From Thermoplasmatota archaeon (lineage in GTDB: Archaea > Thermoplasmatota > E2 > JACPAO01 > JAHFTW01): 64,000 nt of DNA. The position numbers and the translations under genes were made by a program. Positions 9,528-18,331 of the stretch are shown in pieces. The stretch's first letter is position 1, and each line of letters opens with the position of its first letter. Under the pieces are notes generated by a model. It did not search any database. It was not told where the DNA came from and saw only the letters and a program-made list of their open reading frames with translations. The stretch lies in the NCBI GenBank assembly GCA_049602735.1, contig JBMYRW010000003.1, positions 11,457-75,456 on the forward strand. The letters are read 5' to 3'.

Positions 9528-10247
9528 TCAGGCCGCTTCGGCGGCCTCGCCGCGCGCCGACTTCGCCAGGTCCACCCGATCGGGACCTGTGGCCAGGCGT
9601 TCTTGCAGCCCCCCTTCCAGCAGGGCCTCGCGGACCTGTTCGTAGATGGCGCGGCTCCACAGGAGGCTCCAATGGGTGGCGAACGGGACCTTGATGTTGT
9701 GCGCCCCGGGCAGCACGGCGTTGTGGTGCGGGATCACGATGCCGTCAAGGGGCGTCCAGAAATTGGTGTAGCGGACGCGGCCGCTCACGGCGCCTGGCCC
9801 ATTGATCTCATGGAGGAAGTGGCTGCCGGGGCGGGTCTGGCGCGCGATGCTCATGGCGGGGAGCGTGAAGAGGTGGCTGAAGTAGGTGCCCAGGTGGGGT
9901 GTTCCGAGGGTGACCATGTGGTCGACGACGCGGTCGCCGCCTAGGTACTTCAGGTAGTAACGGGCCACGAGGCCGCCGGCGCTGTGGCACACCAGGTCCA
10001 TGTGGGACGCCTCGTCGCCGATGAGGCACGCCTCGACCTTATCGCGCAAGTGACGCGCGGCCAGCCGCATGTCGCCGAGCATGCCGTAGGGGAGGGTGAC
10101 CTCGTGGACGCGGAAGCCGTCGCGGATGAGACGCCGGCGCACGATGTTCCAGTAGAGGTGGCGGTTGCCCAGGATGCCATGGACCAGCAGAACGGGGTTG
10201 CTGGGCGCACGGTCGGCGCTCGTGCTGCCGGCGTCGCGGGGGTCCAC
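9528..10247 (-). CDS. Alpha/beta-hydrolase lipase/esterase
   Basis: PVLLVHG, CHSAGG nucleophile elbow, LGTPHLG, DGIV, final His in THW. Confidence 0.88.
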   Translation of the reverse strand: MDPRDAGSTSADRAPSNPVLLVHGILGNRHLYWNIVRRRLIRDGFRVHEVTLPYGMLGDMRLAARHLRDKVEACLIGDEASHMDLVCHSAGGLVARYYLKYLGGDRVVDHMVTLGTPHLGTYFSHLFTLPAMSIARQTRPGSHFLHEINGPGAVSGRVRYTNFWTPLDGIVIPHHNAVLPGAHNIKVPFATHWSLLWSRAIYEQVREALLEGGLQERLATGPDRVDLAKSARGEAAEAA

Positions 10248-10316
10248 GAGGGTGTTTGAGGTGGCGTGGTTCCTTAAGGCTGCGAAGCGGGGCCCGGGCC
10301 GTTGCCACCCAAGGCT

Positions 10317-10345
10317 TTGACAGTTCTGTACAGTCATGCTTAATG
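10317..10345 (+). promoter_or_regulatory. trpE promoter with paired TRP-box-like sites (TTGACA-N4-TGTACA) and TATA-like CTTAATG
   Basis: TTGACA 10317-22, TGTACA 10327-32, CTTAATG 10339-45; a similar pair lies upstream of trpB. Confidence 0.55.
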
Positions 10346-10368
10346 TTGGTGTGTGCTGGCGGCATCTG

Positions 10369-11784
10369 TTGATCCACATCCCGGTGGCGGACGCGCCCGC
10401 ACCCCATGTGGCCCATGCCCGCCTGGCCGCCCGCAGCCCCACCAGTTTCATCCTCGAGAGCCGCGAGGGGCCGGAGCGGCTGGCCCGGTATTCCTTCGTC
10501 GGCTGGGACCCTGCCGCCGTGGTCCGGTGCGACGCGGACGGCCTGCACGTCAGTGGGGCCCTGCCGGCGCCCAGCCGCGACCAGGATCCCCTCACCTACC
10601 TGCGCCGCGTGCTGGCGTTCTACCACACCGACGACCATGAAGCCCCGTTCGTCGGCGGCCTGGTCGGCAGCGTCGGGTACGACTTCGTGCGCACCGTGGA
10701 ACCGACCCTCGATGATGGCACCCCCGAGGCGTGGCCACGCTTCGTCTTCGGCCTCTACCTGGACGGCCTCGTCTATGACCACCAGGAGGGGACCTGCACC
10801 TACATCAGCCGCGGCGAAGACCGCAGCGCGGCGCTTCAGGCCGCCATCGGCCAGGACGCGCCGCCCGCCCCGCTGGCGGTTGGCCCCCTTACAGCGAGCA
10901 CCGACCAAGAGGCGTTCGAGAAGCAGGTGCGTGGCGCCCAAGGGCTCATCCGGCAGGGGGAAGCGTTCCAGATCGTCCTGAGTCGACGCTACGAGGCGAG
11001 CTTCGGCGGCGACCTGGGCCGCTGCTACGACTGGCTGCGCGAGAACGCCGCCGTGCCCTACCTGTTCCACCTGCGCTTCGCGGCCCACGGCGACGACGAA
11101 GAGCCCCTCACCCTCCTGGGAGCCAGCCCCGAGACCCTGGTGCGCGTGCGCCGCGGCACCGCCCGCACGTTCCCCATCGCCGGGACCCGCCCCGTCACGG
11201 GCGACGAGGCCAAGGATGATGCTGCGGCCGAGGACCTGTTGGCCGACCCCAAGGAGACGGCGGAGCACGCCATGCTCGTCGACCTGGCCCGTAACGACCT
11301 CGGCCGCGTCTCCGCGCCGGGGACCGTGAAGGTGGCGAGCCTGATGGAAATCCAACGGTTCCGCCACGTGCAGCACATCGTGAGCGACGTGGAAGGCCGA
11401 CTCGCCCCAGGCCAGGACGCCCTCGACGCCTTGGCCGCCGTGTTCCCCGCAGGCACCGTCAGCGGCGCCCCCAAAGTGCGCGCCATGGAGCACATCGCCG
11501 CCCTGGAACGCCACGCCGAACTGCCGCGCGGCCCCTACGCGGGCGCCGCGGCCTACGCCAGTTTCAACGGCGACTTCGACAGCTGCATCGCCATCCGCTC
11601 CCTCTCCGCCGTCGGCAGCCGCCTCGCCATCCAGGCCGGCGCCGGCATCGTCCACCACAGCCGGCCCGACGCCGAGTTCCACGAGACGCGGCACAAGGCC
11701 GCGACCCTGTTGGAGGCGGTGCAACGGTTCGGCGCGACGCTGCCCGAAGCCGAGCAGCCCCCGGCCCAGGAGGCGACCGCATGA
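10369..11784 (+). CDS. trpE: Anthranilate synthase component I
   Basis: FILES, ARYSF, GEAFQIVLS, ASPE, PIAGTRP, EHAMLVDLARNDLGRV, FPAGTVSGAPK; start TTG 10369 (ATG 10336 possible). Confidence 0.95.
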   Translation: MIHIPVADAPAPHVAHARLAARSPTSFILESREGPERLARYSFVGWDPAAVVRCDADGLHVSGALPAPSRDQDPLTYLRRVLAFYHTDDHEAPFVGGLVGSVGYDFVRTVEPTLDDGTPEAWPRFVFGLYLDGLVYDHQEGTCTYISRGEDRSAALQAAIGQDAPPAPLAVGPLTASTDQEAFEKQVRGAQGLIRQGEAFQIVLSRRYEASFGGDLGRCYDWLRENAAVPYLFHLRFAAHGDDEEPLTLLGASPETLVRVRRGTARTFPIAGTRPVTGDEAKDDAAAEDLLADPKETAEHAMLVDLARNDLGRVSAPGTVKVASLMEIQRFRHVQHIVSDVEGRLAPGQDALDALAAVFPAGTVSGAPKVRAMEHIAALERHAELPRGPYAGAAAYASFNGDFDSCIAIRSLSAVGSRLAIQAGAGIVHHSRPDAEFHETRHKAATLLEAVQRFGATLPEAEQPPAQEATA

Positions 11785-12371
11785 GCGCCCCCCACATCGT
11801 GGTCATCGACAACTACGACTCGTTCACGTACAATCTGGTCCACGCACTGGCCGCCGCCGGCGCGCGCACCACGGTCGTTCGCAACGATGCCGTCAGCCGC
11901 GACGAGGTGGCCGCCCTCGGGCCTGACGGCCTGGTCTTCTCCCCTGGCCCCGGCCACCCGGCCGTGCCCCGCGATTTCGGCGTCTGCGCCGATCTCATCA
12001 CCAATCCGCTGGACGTTCCGGTCCTCGGCGTCTGCCTCGGCATGCAAGGTCTGGCGCACCACACCGGGGGTCGCGTGGTCCCTGCGCCGGAGATCGTCCA
12101 CGGCAGCGCCAGCCCGGCCCGCCTCCAAGGAGGCTCGCCGTTGTTCGCCGGCCTTGGCGACGCAGTGGACGTGGGCCGCTATCACAGCCTGCTCGTGGAT
12201 GCGGACAGCCTGCCGGCCGCCTGGCGCCCCCTCGCCGCGACCGAAACCGGCCTCCTGATGGCGATGGAGCACAAGGAGCGCCCATGGTACGGCGTCCAGT
12301 TCCACCCTGAATCGATCCTCACCCCCGACGGCGACCGCATGGTCGCCAACTTCGTGGGGGCCTGCCGATGA
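11781..12371 (+). CDS. trpG: Anthranilate synthase component II (glutamine amidotransferase)
   Basis: IDNYDSFTYN, SPGPG, GVCLG, RYHSL, QFHPES. Confidence 0.96.
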   Translation: MSAPHIVVIDNYDSFTYNLVHALAAAGARTTVVRNDAVSRDEVAALGPDGLVFSPGPGHPAVPRDFGVCADLITNPLDVPVLGVCLGMQGLAHHTGGRVVPAPEIVHGSASPARLQGGSPLFAGLGDAVDVGRYHSLLVDADSLPAAWRPLAATETGLLMAMEHKERPWYGVQFHPESILTPDGDRMVANFVGACR

Positions 12372-13408
12372 CCACGCCCGCCGACGACTTCCCCGCCCTA
12401 CTGGAACACCTCCTCGCCGGCGAACCCCTCCAGGAAGCCGACGCCCACGCGCTCATGGCCACGACGCTGGCCGGCGACCTGGGACCCGAACGGCTCGCCG
12501 CGACCCTCACCGCCCTCCGGACGCGGCCCGTCTTCGTGGACGAACTGGTCGGTTTCGCCCGCGCCATGCGGGAAGCAAGCCACAGGATCCAGGCCCCCGA
12601 AGGCGTGGTCCTGGACAATTGTGGCACAGGCGGCGCGCCCCACAAGACCGTCAACGTCAGCACCACGGCGGCGTTCCTCGTGGCCGGCGCCGGCATCACC
12701 GTCGCCAAGCACGGCAACCGGAGCGTCACGCGCCCCAGCGGCAGCGCGGACCTCCTGGAACGGGCGGGCGCCAAGCTGGACCGGACGCCTCAACAGGTGG
12801 AGCAGACGCTGGCCAAAGCCGGCATCGCGTTCCTGTTCGCCCCCACGTTCCACCCGGCCATGCGCCACGCCGGCCCCGTCCGCGGCGCCTTGGGCATCAA
12901 GACGGTCTTCAACCTCCTTGGGCCGCTCACCAACCCCGCCGGCGCCACCCATCAGGTGCTCGGCGTGTACCACCCAGACCTCGTGGAACCCATGGCCAAG
13001 GCGCTCGCCCGCCTCGGCTGCCAAGGGGGCTTCGTGCTGCACGGCCTGCCCGGCTTCGACGAAGCGACCCCGTGCGGCCCGATCCGCTACGCCCGCATCC
13101 AGGACGGTCAAGCCCGCCCTGCCAACGAAGTGGACCCTGCCTCCTTGGGCCTCGCTGCCGCCACGCCTGAGGCCCTTGCGCCCGTGGCCGCCGAAGCGAC
13201 CGCCGGACTGTTCCAAGACCTGCTCGCAGGCCGGGCCACCGGGCCCCTCGCCGACACGGTCCATCTTAACGTCGCCTTCGCACTCGTGGCCGCCGGCAGA
13301 GCTTCCGACCTCGCTGCCGGGCTGGACCAAGCGCGCGAACTGGCGGCCAGCGGCGTCGGCACGGCCAAATGGGACGCCTACCTCGCCGCCGACCAACGCC
13401 ATGGCTGA
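12368..13408 (+). CDS. trpD: Anthranilate phosphoribosyltransferase
   Basis: DNCGTGG, NVST, KHGNRS, GSADLLE, FNLLGPLTNP. Confidence 0.96.
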   Translation: MTTPADDFPALLEHLLAGEPLQEADAHALMATTLAGDLGPERLAATLTALRTRPVFVDELVGFARAMREASHRIQAPEGVVLDNCGTGGAPHKTVNVSTTAAFLVAGAGITVAKHGNRSVTRPSGSADLLERAGAKLDRTPQQVEQTLAKAGIAFLFAPTFHPAMRHAGPVRGALGIKTVFNLLGPLTNPAGATHQVLGVYHPDLVEPMAKALARLGCQGGFVLHGLPGFDEATPCGPIRYARIQDGQARPANEVDPASLGLAAATPEALAPVAAEATAGLFQDLLAGRATGPLADTVHLNVAFALVAAGRASDLAAGLDQARELAASGVGTAKWDAYLAADQRHG

Positions 13409-13811
13409 CGCCCAGGACGACCGGCCCGACATCGCCAAGGAGAGCCAGTTCATCGTCGAAGAAGGCCTCCTCTACCGCATCGCGAGCCGCGGCTCCATCT
13501 GGATGAACAAGCTGTTCTTCAGCTGCCTGTTCCTCCTGGGCATCTGGCTGTTGCTGGGCGCCAGCGGCAACGTGGAACCGGGGTGCGTCGACTCCTTCCG
13601 GCCTGCCGAGAACGGCACCGCCGACGAGGCGTTCGAACAATGCAGCGTCTGGCTCAACACCACGAGCCAATACCTGGGCGCCATGGCGGTGTTCAGCTTC
13701 GTCGCCAGCATCGCCTTCGGCGGCCTGGGCCTCATCGTGGGCAAGCGCATCCTGGAACGGACGCCCACGGAAGAGGAAGCGGGCGCCGAGGAAGCGGAGC
13801 ACCGCCCGTGA
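13401..13811 (+). CDS. Hypothetical 2-TM membrane protein inside the trp operon
   Basis: MADAQDDRPD...; two hydrophobic helices flanking a loop with two Cys; overlaps trpD and trpCF. Confidence 0.75.
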   Translation: MADAQDDRPDIAKESQFIVEEGLLYRIASRGSIWMNKLFFSCLFLLGIWLLLGASGNVEPGCVDSFRPAENGTADEAFEQCSVWLNTTSQYLGAMAVFSFVASIAFGGLGLIVGKRILERTPTEEEAGAEEAEHRP

Positions 13812-15187
13812 GCGGCGGCCACCTCCAACGTTTCATCGCCGACGCACGCGCCCGCGTGGCGGACGGCTTCTACCACACCGACGGACCTGCCCTCCTCAGC
13901 AACGGCAACCTCAAGGCGGCCATCCAAGCCGCCCCCGATGGCCGCGCCATCCTGGCGGAACTCAAACCCCGCAGCCCCAGTGAAGGCCGCCTGCTTCAAG
14001 GCCCCGCCGAGCCGATCCTCGCCGCATACAAGGACGGCGGCGCCACAGGCTTGAGCCTCCTCACCGACGGCGACCACTTCGACGGCAGCCCGGCCCTCCT
14101 ACGGGCCGGCCACGCTACCGGGCTTCCCACCCTGATGAAGGACTTCGTCGTGGACGAGGTCCAATTGGACTGCGCAGCGCACCATGGCGCCAGCGCGGTG
14201 CTGCTCATCGAACGCTGCTTCCCCACCCCCGACGAGCGCGAATCCCTCGTCGAAGCGGCCCATGCGCGCGGCCTGGAGGTCCTCTTGGAGGTCCATTCCC
14301 CCAAGGAGTGGGAGCGGGCCGCCAGCAGCGCCGCGGACATCATCGGCGTCAACAGCCGCGACCTGGACACCCTGGACGTGGACGTCGCAGGCGCCCGAGA
14401 GGTGGTCAAGGCGGCCGCGCAGGCTGGCCACACCACGTTGGCGCTCAGCGGCGTCCGCACCCGCCACGACGCTGCAGCCGCCAAGAACGACGGCGCCGCA
14501 GGGGTGCTCGTCGGCACCAGCCTACTCCGATCACCGGACGCCGCGCTCGCGGTCCGGGCGCTTCGCCGGCCCCTCGTCAAGCTCTGTGGGCTCCGGACGG
14601 AGGCCGACGTGGCCGTAGCCGCGACCGCTGGGGCCGACTTCGCCGGCCTCGTTGTCGGCGCCGCCCGGTCACCCCGGAACCTCAGACCGATCGACGCCCA
14701 GCGTCTCGCCGACGTCGCCCGCGCAGCCGGCCTCCGCACGGTGCTGGTGACCCCACACACGGACGCCTGGGAGGTGCGCGAATGGTGCCGCCTGGTCCGT
14801 CCTGACTTCGTGCAGCTCCACGGCCTGGAGACGACCGAGGAATGGGAACACAGCCTCAAGGTGATCCCCACGCGCATCTGGCACGCGGTCGCCCCGGACA
14901 CCGAAGCCCCGATGGGCGGCATCGCCCTCGTCATCGACACGCCCAAGGCGGACGGATCCACGGGCGGCAGCGGCCGGACGCATGATTGGGCCCAGACAGC
15001 GCGCCTTGTCAAGAACGAACGCCGCTGGACGTTCGTCGCCGGCGGCCTTGGACCCGAGAACGTGCAGGCCGCGCTCGTAGCGACCGGAGCGACGGGCGCC
15101 GATGTGAGCGGCGGCATCGAGTCACCCGACGGAACCAAGGACCCGGAGAAGATGCGGCGGTTCGTGGAGGCGGCACGACATGGATGA
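13808..15187 (+). CDS. trpCF: Bifunctional indole-3-glycerol-phosphate synthase / phosphoribosylanthranilate isomerase
   Basis: TrpC motifs AELKPRSPS, KDF, LEVH, GVNSRDL; TrpF motifs VKLCG, VQLHG, AGGL, DVSGGIE; one continuous frame. Confidence 0.92.
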   Translation: MSGGHLQRFIADARARVADGFYHTDGPALLSNGNLKAAIQAAPDGRAILAELKPRSPSEGRLLQGPAEPILAAYKDGGATGLSLLTDGDHFDGSPALLRAGHATGLPTLMKDFVVDEVQLDCAAHHGASAVLLIERCFPTPDERESLVEAAHARGLEVLLEVHSPKEWERAASSAADIIGVNSRDLDTLDVDVAGAREVVKAAAQAGHTTLALSGVRTRHDAAAAKNDGAAGVLVGTSLLRSPDAALAVRALRRPLVKLCGLRTEADVAVAATAGADFAGLVVGAARSPRNLRPIDAQRLADVARAAGLRTVLVTPHTDAWEVREWCRLVRPDFVQLHGLETTEEWEHSLKVIPTRIWHAVAPDTEAPMGGIALVIDTPKADGSTGGSGRTHDWAQTARLVKNERRWTFVAGGLGPENVQAALVATGATGADVSGGIESPDGTKDPEKMRRFVEAARHG

Positions 15188-16091
15188 CGCCAGGCAGCCC
15201 GCGAAGGGCCAGACCGGTGGCCACCTCCTGCGCGGAGCCGCCATGGGCGTCGCCGACCTCGTCCCGGGCGTCAGCGGCGGCACGATCGCCTTCGTCCTCG
15301 GTTTCCATCGCCGCCTCGTGACGGCCTTGGCCGCGTGGGGCCCCTCCACACCGGCCGTCTTCTACCGCGCCCTTCGCGGCGACGAAGAGGCCCGGGACGC
15401 GACGCGCCGACACGACCTTCCGTTCCTGCTGCCGCTGGGCCTCGGCCTCGTGGCCGCCATCCTGCTGGGTTCCCGCGTCATCGAAGCCGCCCTGGAGGAC
15501 CACCCGGTCGCGGCCATGGGCGTCTTCACGGGACTCCTGGCCGCCAGCAGCATCCTTCCCTGGCGCGCCCGCGACGACCCCGCCCCGTCCCATACGGCGC
15601 TGCTCGCAGCCGGCATCGCAGCCGCCGCCGTGGTCGCCCTCCTTCCCTCGGGCGATGTGGCCGCAACGCCCCTGGTCGTGCTCGCCGCTGGAGCCATCGC
15701 CATCAGTGCCATGCTGTTGCCCGGCATCAGCGGCAGTGGACTCCTTCTGATCATGGGGCTCTACGAGCCGATCGTGGCCGCCGTGAGCGCCCTCGACCTG
15801 CGCGTCATGGCCCCCTTCGCCGCGGGCGCCGCGATCGGGCTCATGGTCGCCAGCCGGGCCCTCCGAGCCTTGTTCGACCGCGCCCATGACGCGACCCTGG
15901 CGGTCCTCACCGGCTTGGTCTTGGGCGCGATCGTCAGGGTCTGGCCGTGGCGCAGCGAAGCCGGCTTCGCGGCCGGACGCCCCAGCGCGCCCCACTTGGA
16001 GGTCGCCTGGCTGTGGATCCTTCTCGGAGCCGCCCTGGTGGCCGCACTTCACCTGGCGGCCCGCCGCGCAGGCGCGTCCCAGCAGGCTTAG
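15180..16091 (+). CDS. DUF368 family membrane protein (polyprenyl-phosphate transporter family)
   Basis: GAAMGVADLVPGVSGGTIA and AMLLPGISGSGLLLIMGLY. Confidence 0.9.
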   Translation: MDDARQPAKGQTGGHLLRGAAMGVADLVPGVSGGTIAFVLGFHRRLVTALAAWGPSTPAVFYRALRGDEEARDATRRHDLPFLLPLGLGLVAAILLGSRVIEAALEDHPVAAMGVFTGLLAASSILPWRARDDPAPSHTALLAAGIAAAAVVALLPSGDVAATPLVVLAAGAIAISAMLLPGISGSGLLLIMGLYEPIVAAVSALDLRVMAPFAAGAAIGLMVASRALRALFDRAHDATLAVLTGLVLGAIVRVWPWRSEAGFAAGRPSAPHLEVAWLWILLGAALVAALHLAARRAGASQQA

Positions 16092-16115
16092 GAGAACGCT
16101 CCGGCTGGCGCCGCC

Positions 16116-16280
16116 ATGGCCCAATCTGCCAAGGGACTCGCCAATCAACTCGATATGGTCGGCGCCGTCGTGGCCCTCGTGGTCGGCATCCTGCTCATCG
16201 TCGGCGTGCTGGACCTGGAGCTCGTCATCGGCATCATCCTGATCGTCGTGGCGATCCTGGCACTCGCCCGCAACGCCTGA
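16116..16280 (+). CDS. Small 2-TM membrane protein (54 aa; absent from the ORF track)
   Basis: MAQSAKGLANQLDMVGAVVALVVGILLIVGVLDLELVIGIILIVVAILALARNA*; host-like codons. Confidence 0.7.
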   Translation: MAQSAKGLANQLDMVGAVVALVVGILLIVGVLDLELVIGIILIVVAILALARNA

Positions 16281-16287
16281 CGCACGA

Positions 16288-16309
16288 TTCTGTCCATCAA
16301 CGTACAGAA
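16288..16309 (+). promoter_or_regulatory. Inverted repeat / paired TRP-box-like operator upstream of trpB
   Basis: TTC-TGTCCA-TCAA-CGTACA-GAA: TTCTGT...ACAGAA inverted repeat containing two near-TGTACA boxes 4 nt apart. Confidence 0.55.
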
Positions 16310-16316
16310 CAGCCAT

Positions 16317-17540
16317 ATGACGCCTGAAACTGCGCAGCGCGTGACGGACGGGCCCGACGAGCGAGGGTACTATGGCGACTTCGGCGGCCGCTGGGTCGCC
16401 GAGACCCTCACGCCAGCCCTTGACGCCATCGCCGCGGCGTTCGAGGAAGCCCGGAACGACCCCGCGTTCCAGGATGAACTGGCGGAGATCCTCCATCACC
16501 ACGGCGGGCGCCCGACGCCCCTGGACAAGGCCGAACGCCTCACCGCCAGCATCGGCCCCGACGCCGCCACGATCTGGCTCAAGCGGGAAGACCTGGTGCA
16601 CGGCGGCGCGCACAAGTTCAACAATGTCATGGGGCAGGTGCTCCTGGCCAAGCGGATGGGGCGCACGCGGATCATCGCCGAGACCGGTGCCGGCCAACAC
16701 GGGGTCGCCACCGCTATGGCGGGGGCCCGACTTGGGCTACCGGTCGAGGTCTACATGGGCGCCAAGGACGTGGAGCGGCAGGCGCTCAACGTGTTCCGGA
16801 TGAAGCTCTTCGGCGCCCAGGTCCACCCCGTCCACAGCGGCGAAGGGACCCTCAAGGACGCCATCAACGACGCCCTACGGGACTGGTCCGCCCACCCCGA
16901 GGACACGTACTACTGCGTCGGCAGCGTCGTGGGACCCCACCCGTTCCCGCTCATGGTCCGGGAGTTCCAGAAGGTGATCGGCGAGGAGACACGCCAGCAG
17001 GCGCTGGAGCGCATCGGACGCCTCCCAGACGCGGTCGTGGCGTGCGTGGGCGGCGGCAGCAACGCCATGGGGAGCTTCTACGACTTCGTGGGCGAACCGG
17101 ACGTGGCCCTCGTGGGCGTCGAAGCAGGCGGCGAAGGGGTCGAGACCGGCAAGCACGCCGCCACACTCACCGGCGGTCGGCGCGGCATCCTTCACGGCGC
17201 CCTCATGATGCTCTTGCAGGACGACGACGGCCAGGTGACGGAACCCCACAGCATCAGTGCAGGCCTCGACTACCCCGGCGTCGGCCCCGAGCACAGCCAC
17301 CTGCACGCTTCAGGGCGCGTACGGTACACGAGCGCCACGGACGCCGAGGCCTTGGCGGCCTCCCAGCGCCTGTGTGAGACGGAGGGCATCCTGCCCGCCC
17401 TCGAATCGGCCCACGCCATCGCCGAAGCACTCCGCCTGGCCCCCGAGCTGGGACCCGACGCCCACATCGTCGTGACGCTGAGCGGCCGCGGCGACAAGGA
17501 CGTCCACACCCTACAGGCGGCCCTTGGAGGAAAGACGTGA
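16317..17540 (+). CDS. trpB: Tryptophan synthase beta chain (TrpB1)
   Basis: [48 protein letters not shown]. Confidence 0.98.
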   Translation: MTPETAQRVTDGPDERGYYGDFGGRWVAETLTPALDAIAAAFEEARNDPAFQDELAEILHHHGGRPTPLDKAERLTASIGPDAATIWLKREDLVHGGAHKFNNVMGQVLLAKRMGRTRIIAETGAGQHGVATAMAGARLGLPVEVYMGAKDVERQALNVFRMKLFGAQVHPVHSGEGTLKDAINDALRDWSAHPEDTYYCVGSVVGPHPFPLMVREFQKVIGEETRQQALERIGRLPDAVVACVGGGSNAMGSFYDFVGEPDVALVGVEAGGEGVETGKHAATLTGGRRGILHGALMMLLQDDDGQVTEPHSISAGLDYPGVGPEHSHLHASGRVRYTSATDAEALAASQRLCETEGILPALESAHAIAEALRLAPELGPDAHIVVTLSGRGDKDVHTLQAALGGKT

Positions 17541-18331
17541 CCGGCCGGGCCTCACGGCTGACCGACCGCATCGCGGCGCTCCGCGCCGCCGGTCGCGGGG
17601 GCCTTTCGATCTACCTCTGCGGTGGACATCCCAGCGTTCAGGCCACGGGGGACCTCCTGGACGCCGCCGTGGCAGGGGGCGCCGACTGGCTCGAACTGGG
17701 CATCCCCTTCAGCGACCCGGCGGCCGACGGCCCCGTCATCCAGGCGGCCGCCACGCAGGCCCTGGAGAACGGTTGCACCGTCCAGGACATCCTGGCGATC
17801 GCCAGGGCGTTCCGGGGCCGGCACCCGGAGGTCCCCGTCATCGCCATGACGTACGCCAACCTGGCGTTCCAACGGGGTTGGGAAGGGTTCGCGAGGGACC
17901 TGGCGGAGGCCGGCATCGATGGCCTCATCCTGCCGGACGTGCCACTGGAGGAGTCCGGACCCATCCGCGCGGCCCTGGCTGCCGCTGGACTGGCCTGGGT
18001 GCCGCTGGTGACGCCGACGACGCCCGCCGACCGAATGGCGGCCCTGGCGGCCACGGCGACCGGCTTCCTGTACGTCGTCGGCAACGTGGGCATCACGGGC
18101 CAGAGCGACCCTGGACCCCTGGTGGAAGCCACGGTGGCCCGTGCCCGGGCCGCTGACCCGGACGTGCCCCTTGCGGTCGGTTTCGGCATCTCCAGCGCTG
18201 ACGACGTTCGTCGGGTGCTGGGCGCAGGGGCTGACGCCGCGATCGTCGGCAGCAAGGTCGTCGGGGCGGTCACGGCCGGTGCCACACCAGAACAGATCCG
18301 CTCCCTCGTCAAAGGACTCGCCCAGGGGTGA
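17537..18331 (+). CDS. trpA: Tryptophan synthase alpha chain
   Basis: [38 protein letters not shown]. Confidence 0.97.
   Translation: MTGRASRLTDRIAALRAAGRGGLSIYLCGGHPSVQATGDLLDAAVAGGADWLELGIPFSDPAADGPVIQAAATQALENGCTVQDILAIARAFRGRHPEVPVIAMTYANLAFQRGWEGFARDLAEAGIDGLILPDVPLEESGPIRAALAAAGLAWVPLVTPTTPADRMAALAATATGFLYVVGNVGITGQSDPGPLVEATVARARAADPDVPLAVGFGISSADDVRRVLGAGADAAIVGSKVVGAVTAGATPEQIRSLVKGLAQG

Noticed and set aside
10261-10368. Trp-rich attenuator leader peptide
   Set aside because: No short ORF with tandem Trp codons and no terminator/antiterminator; operator-like boxes explain the region better
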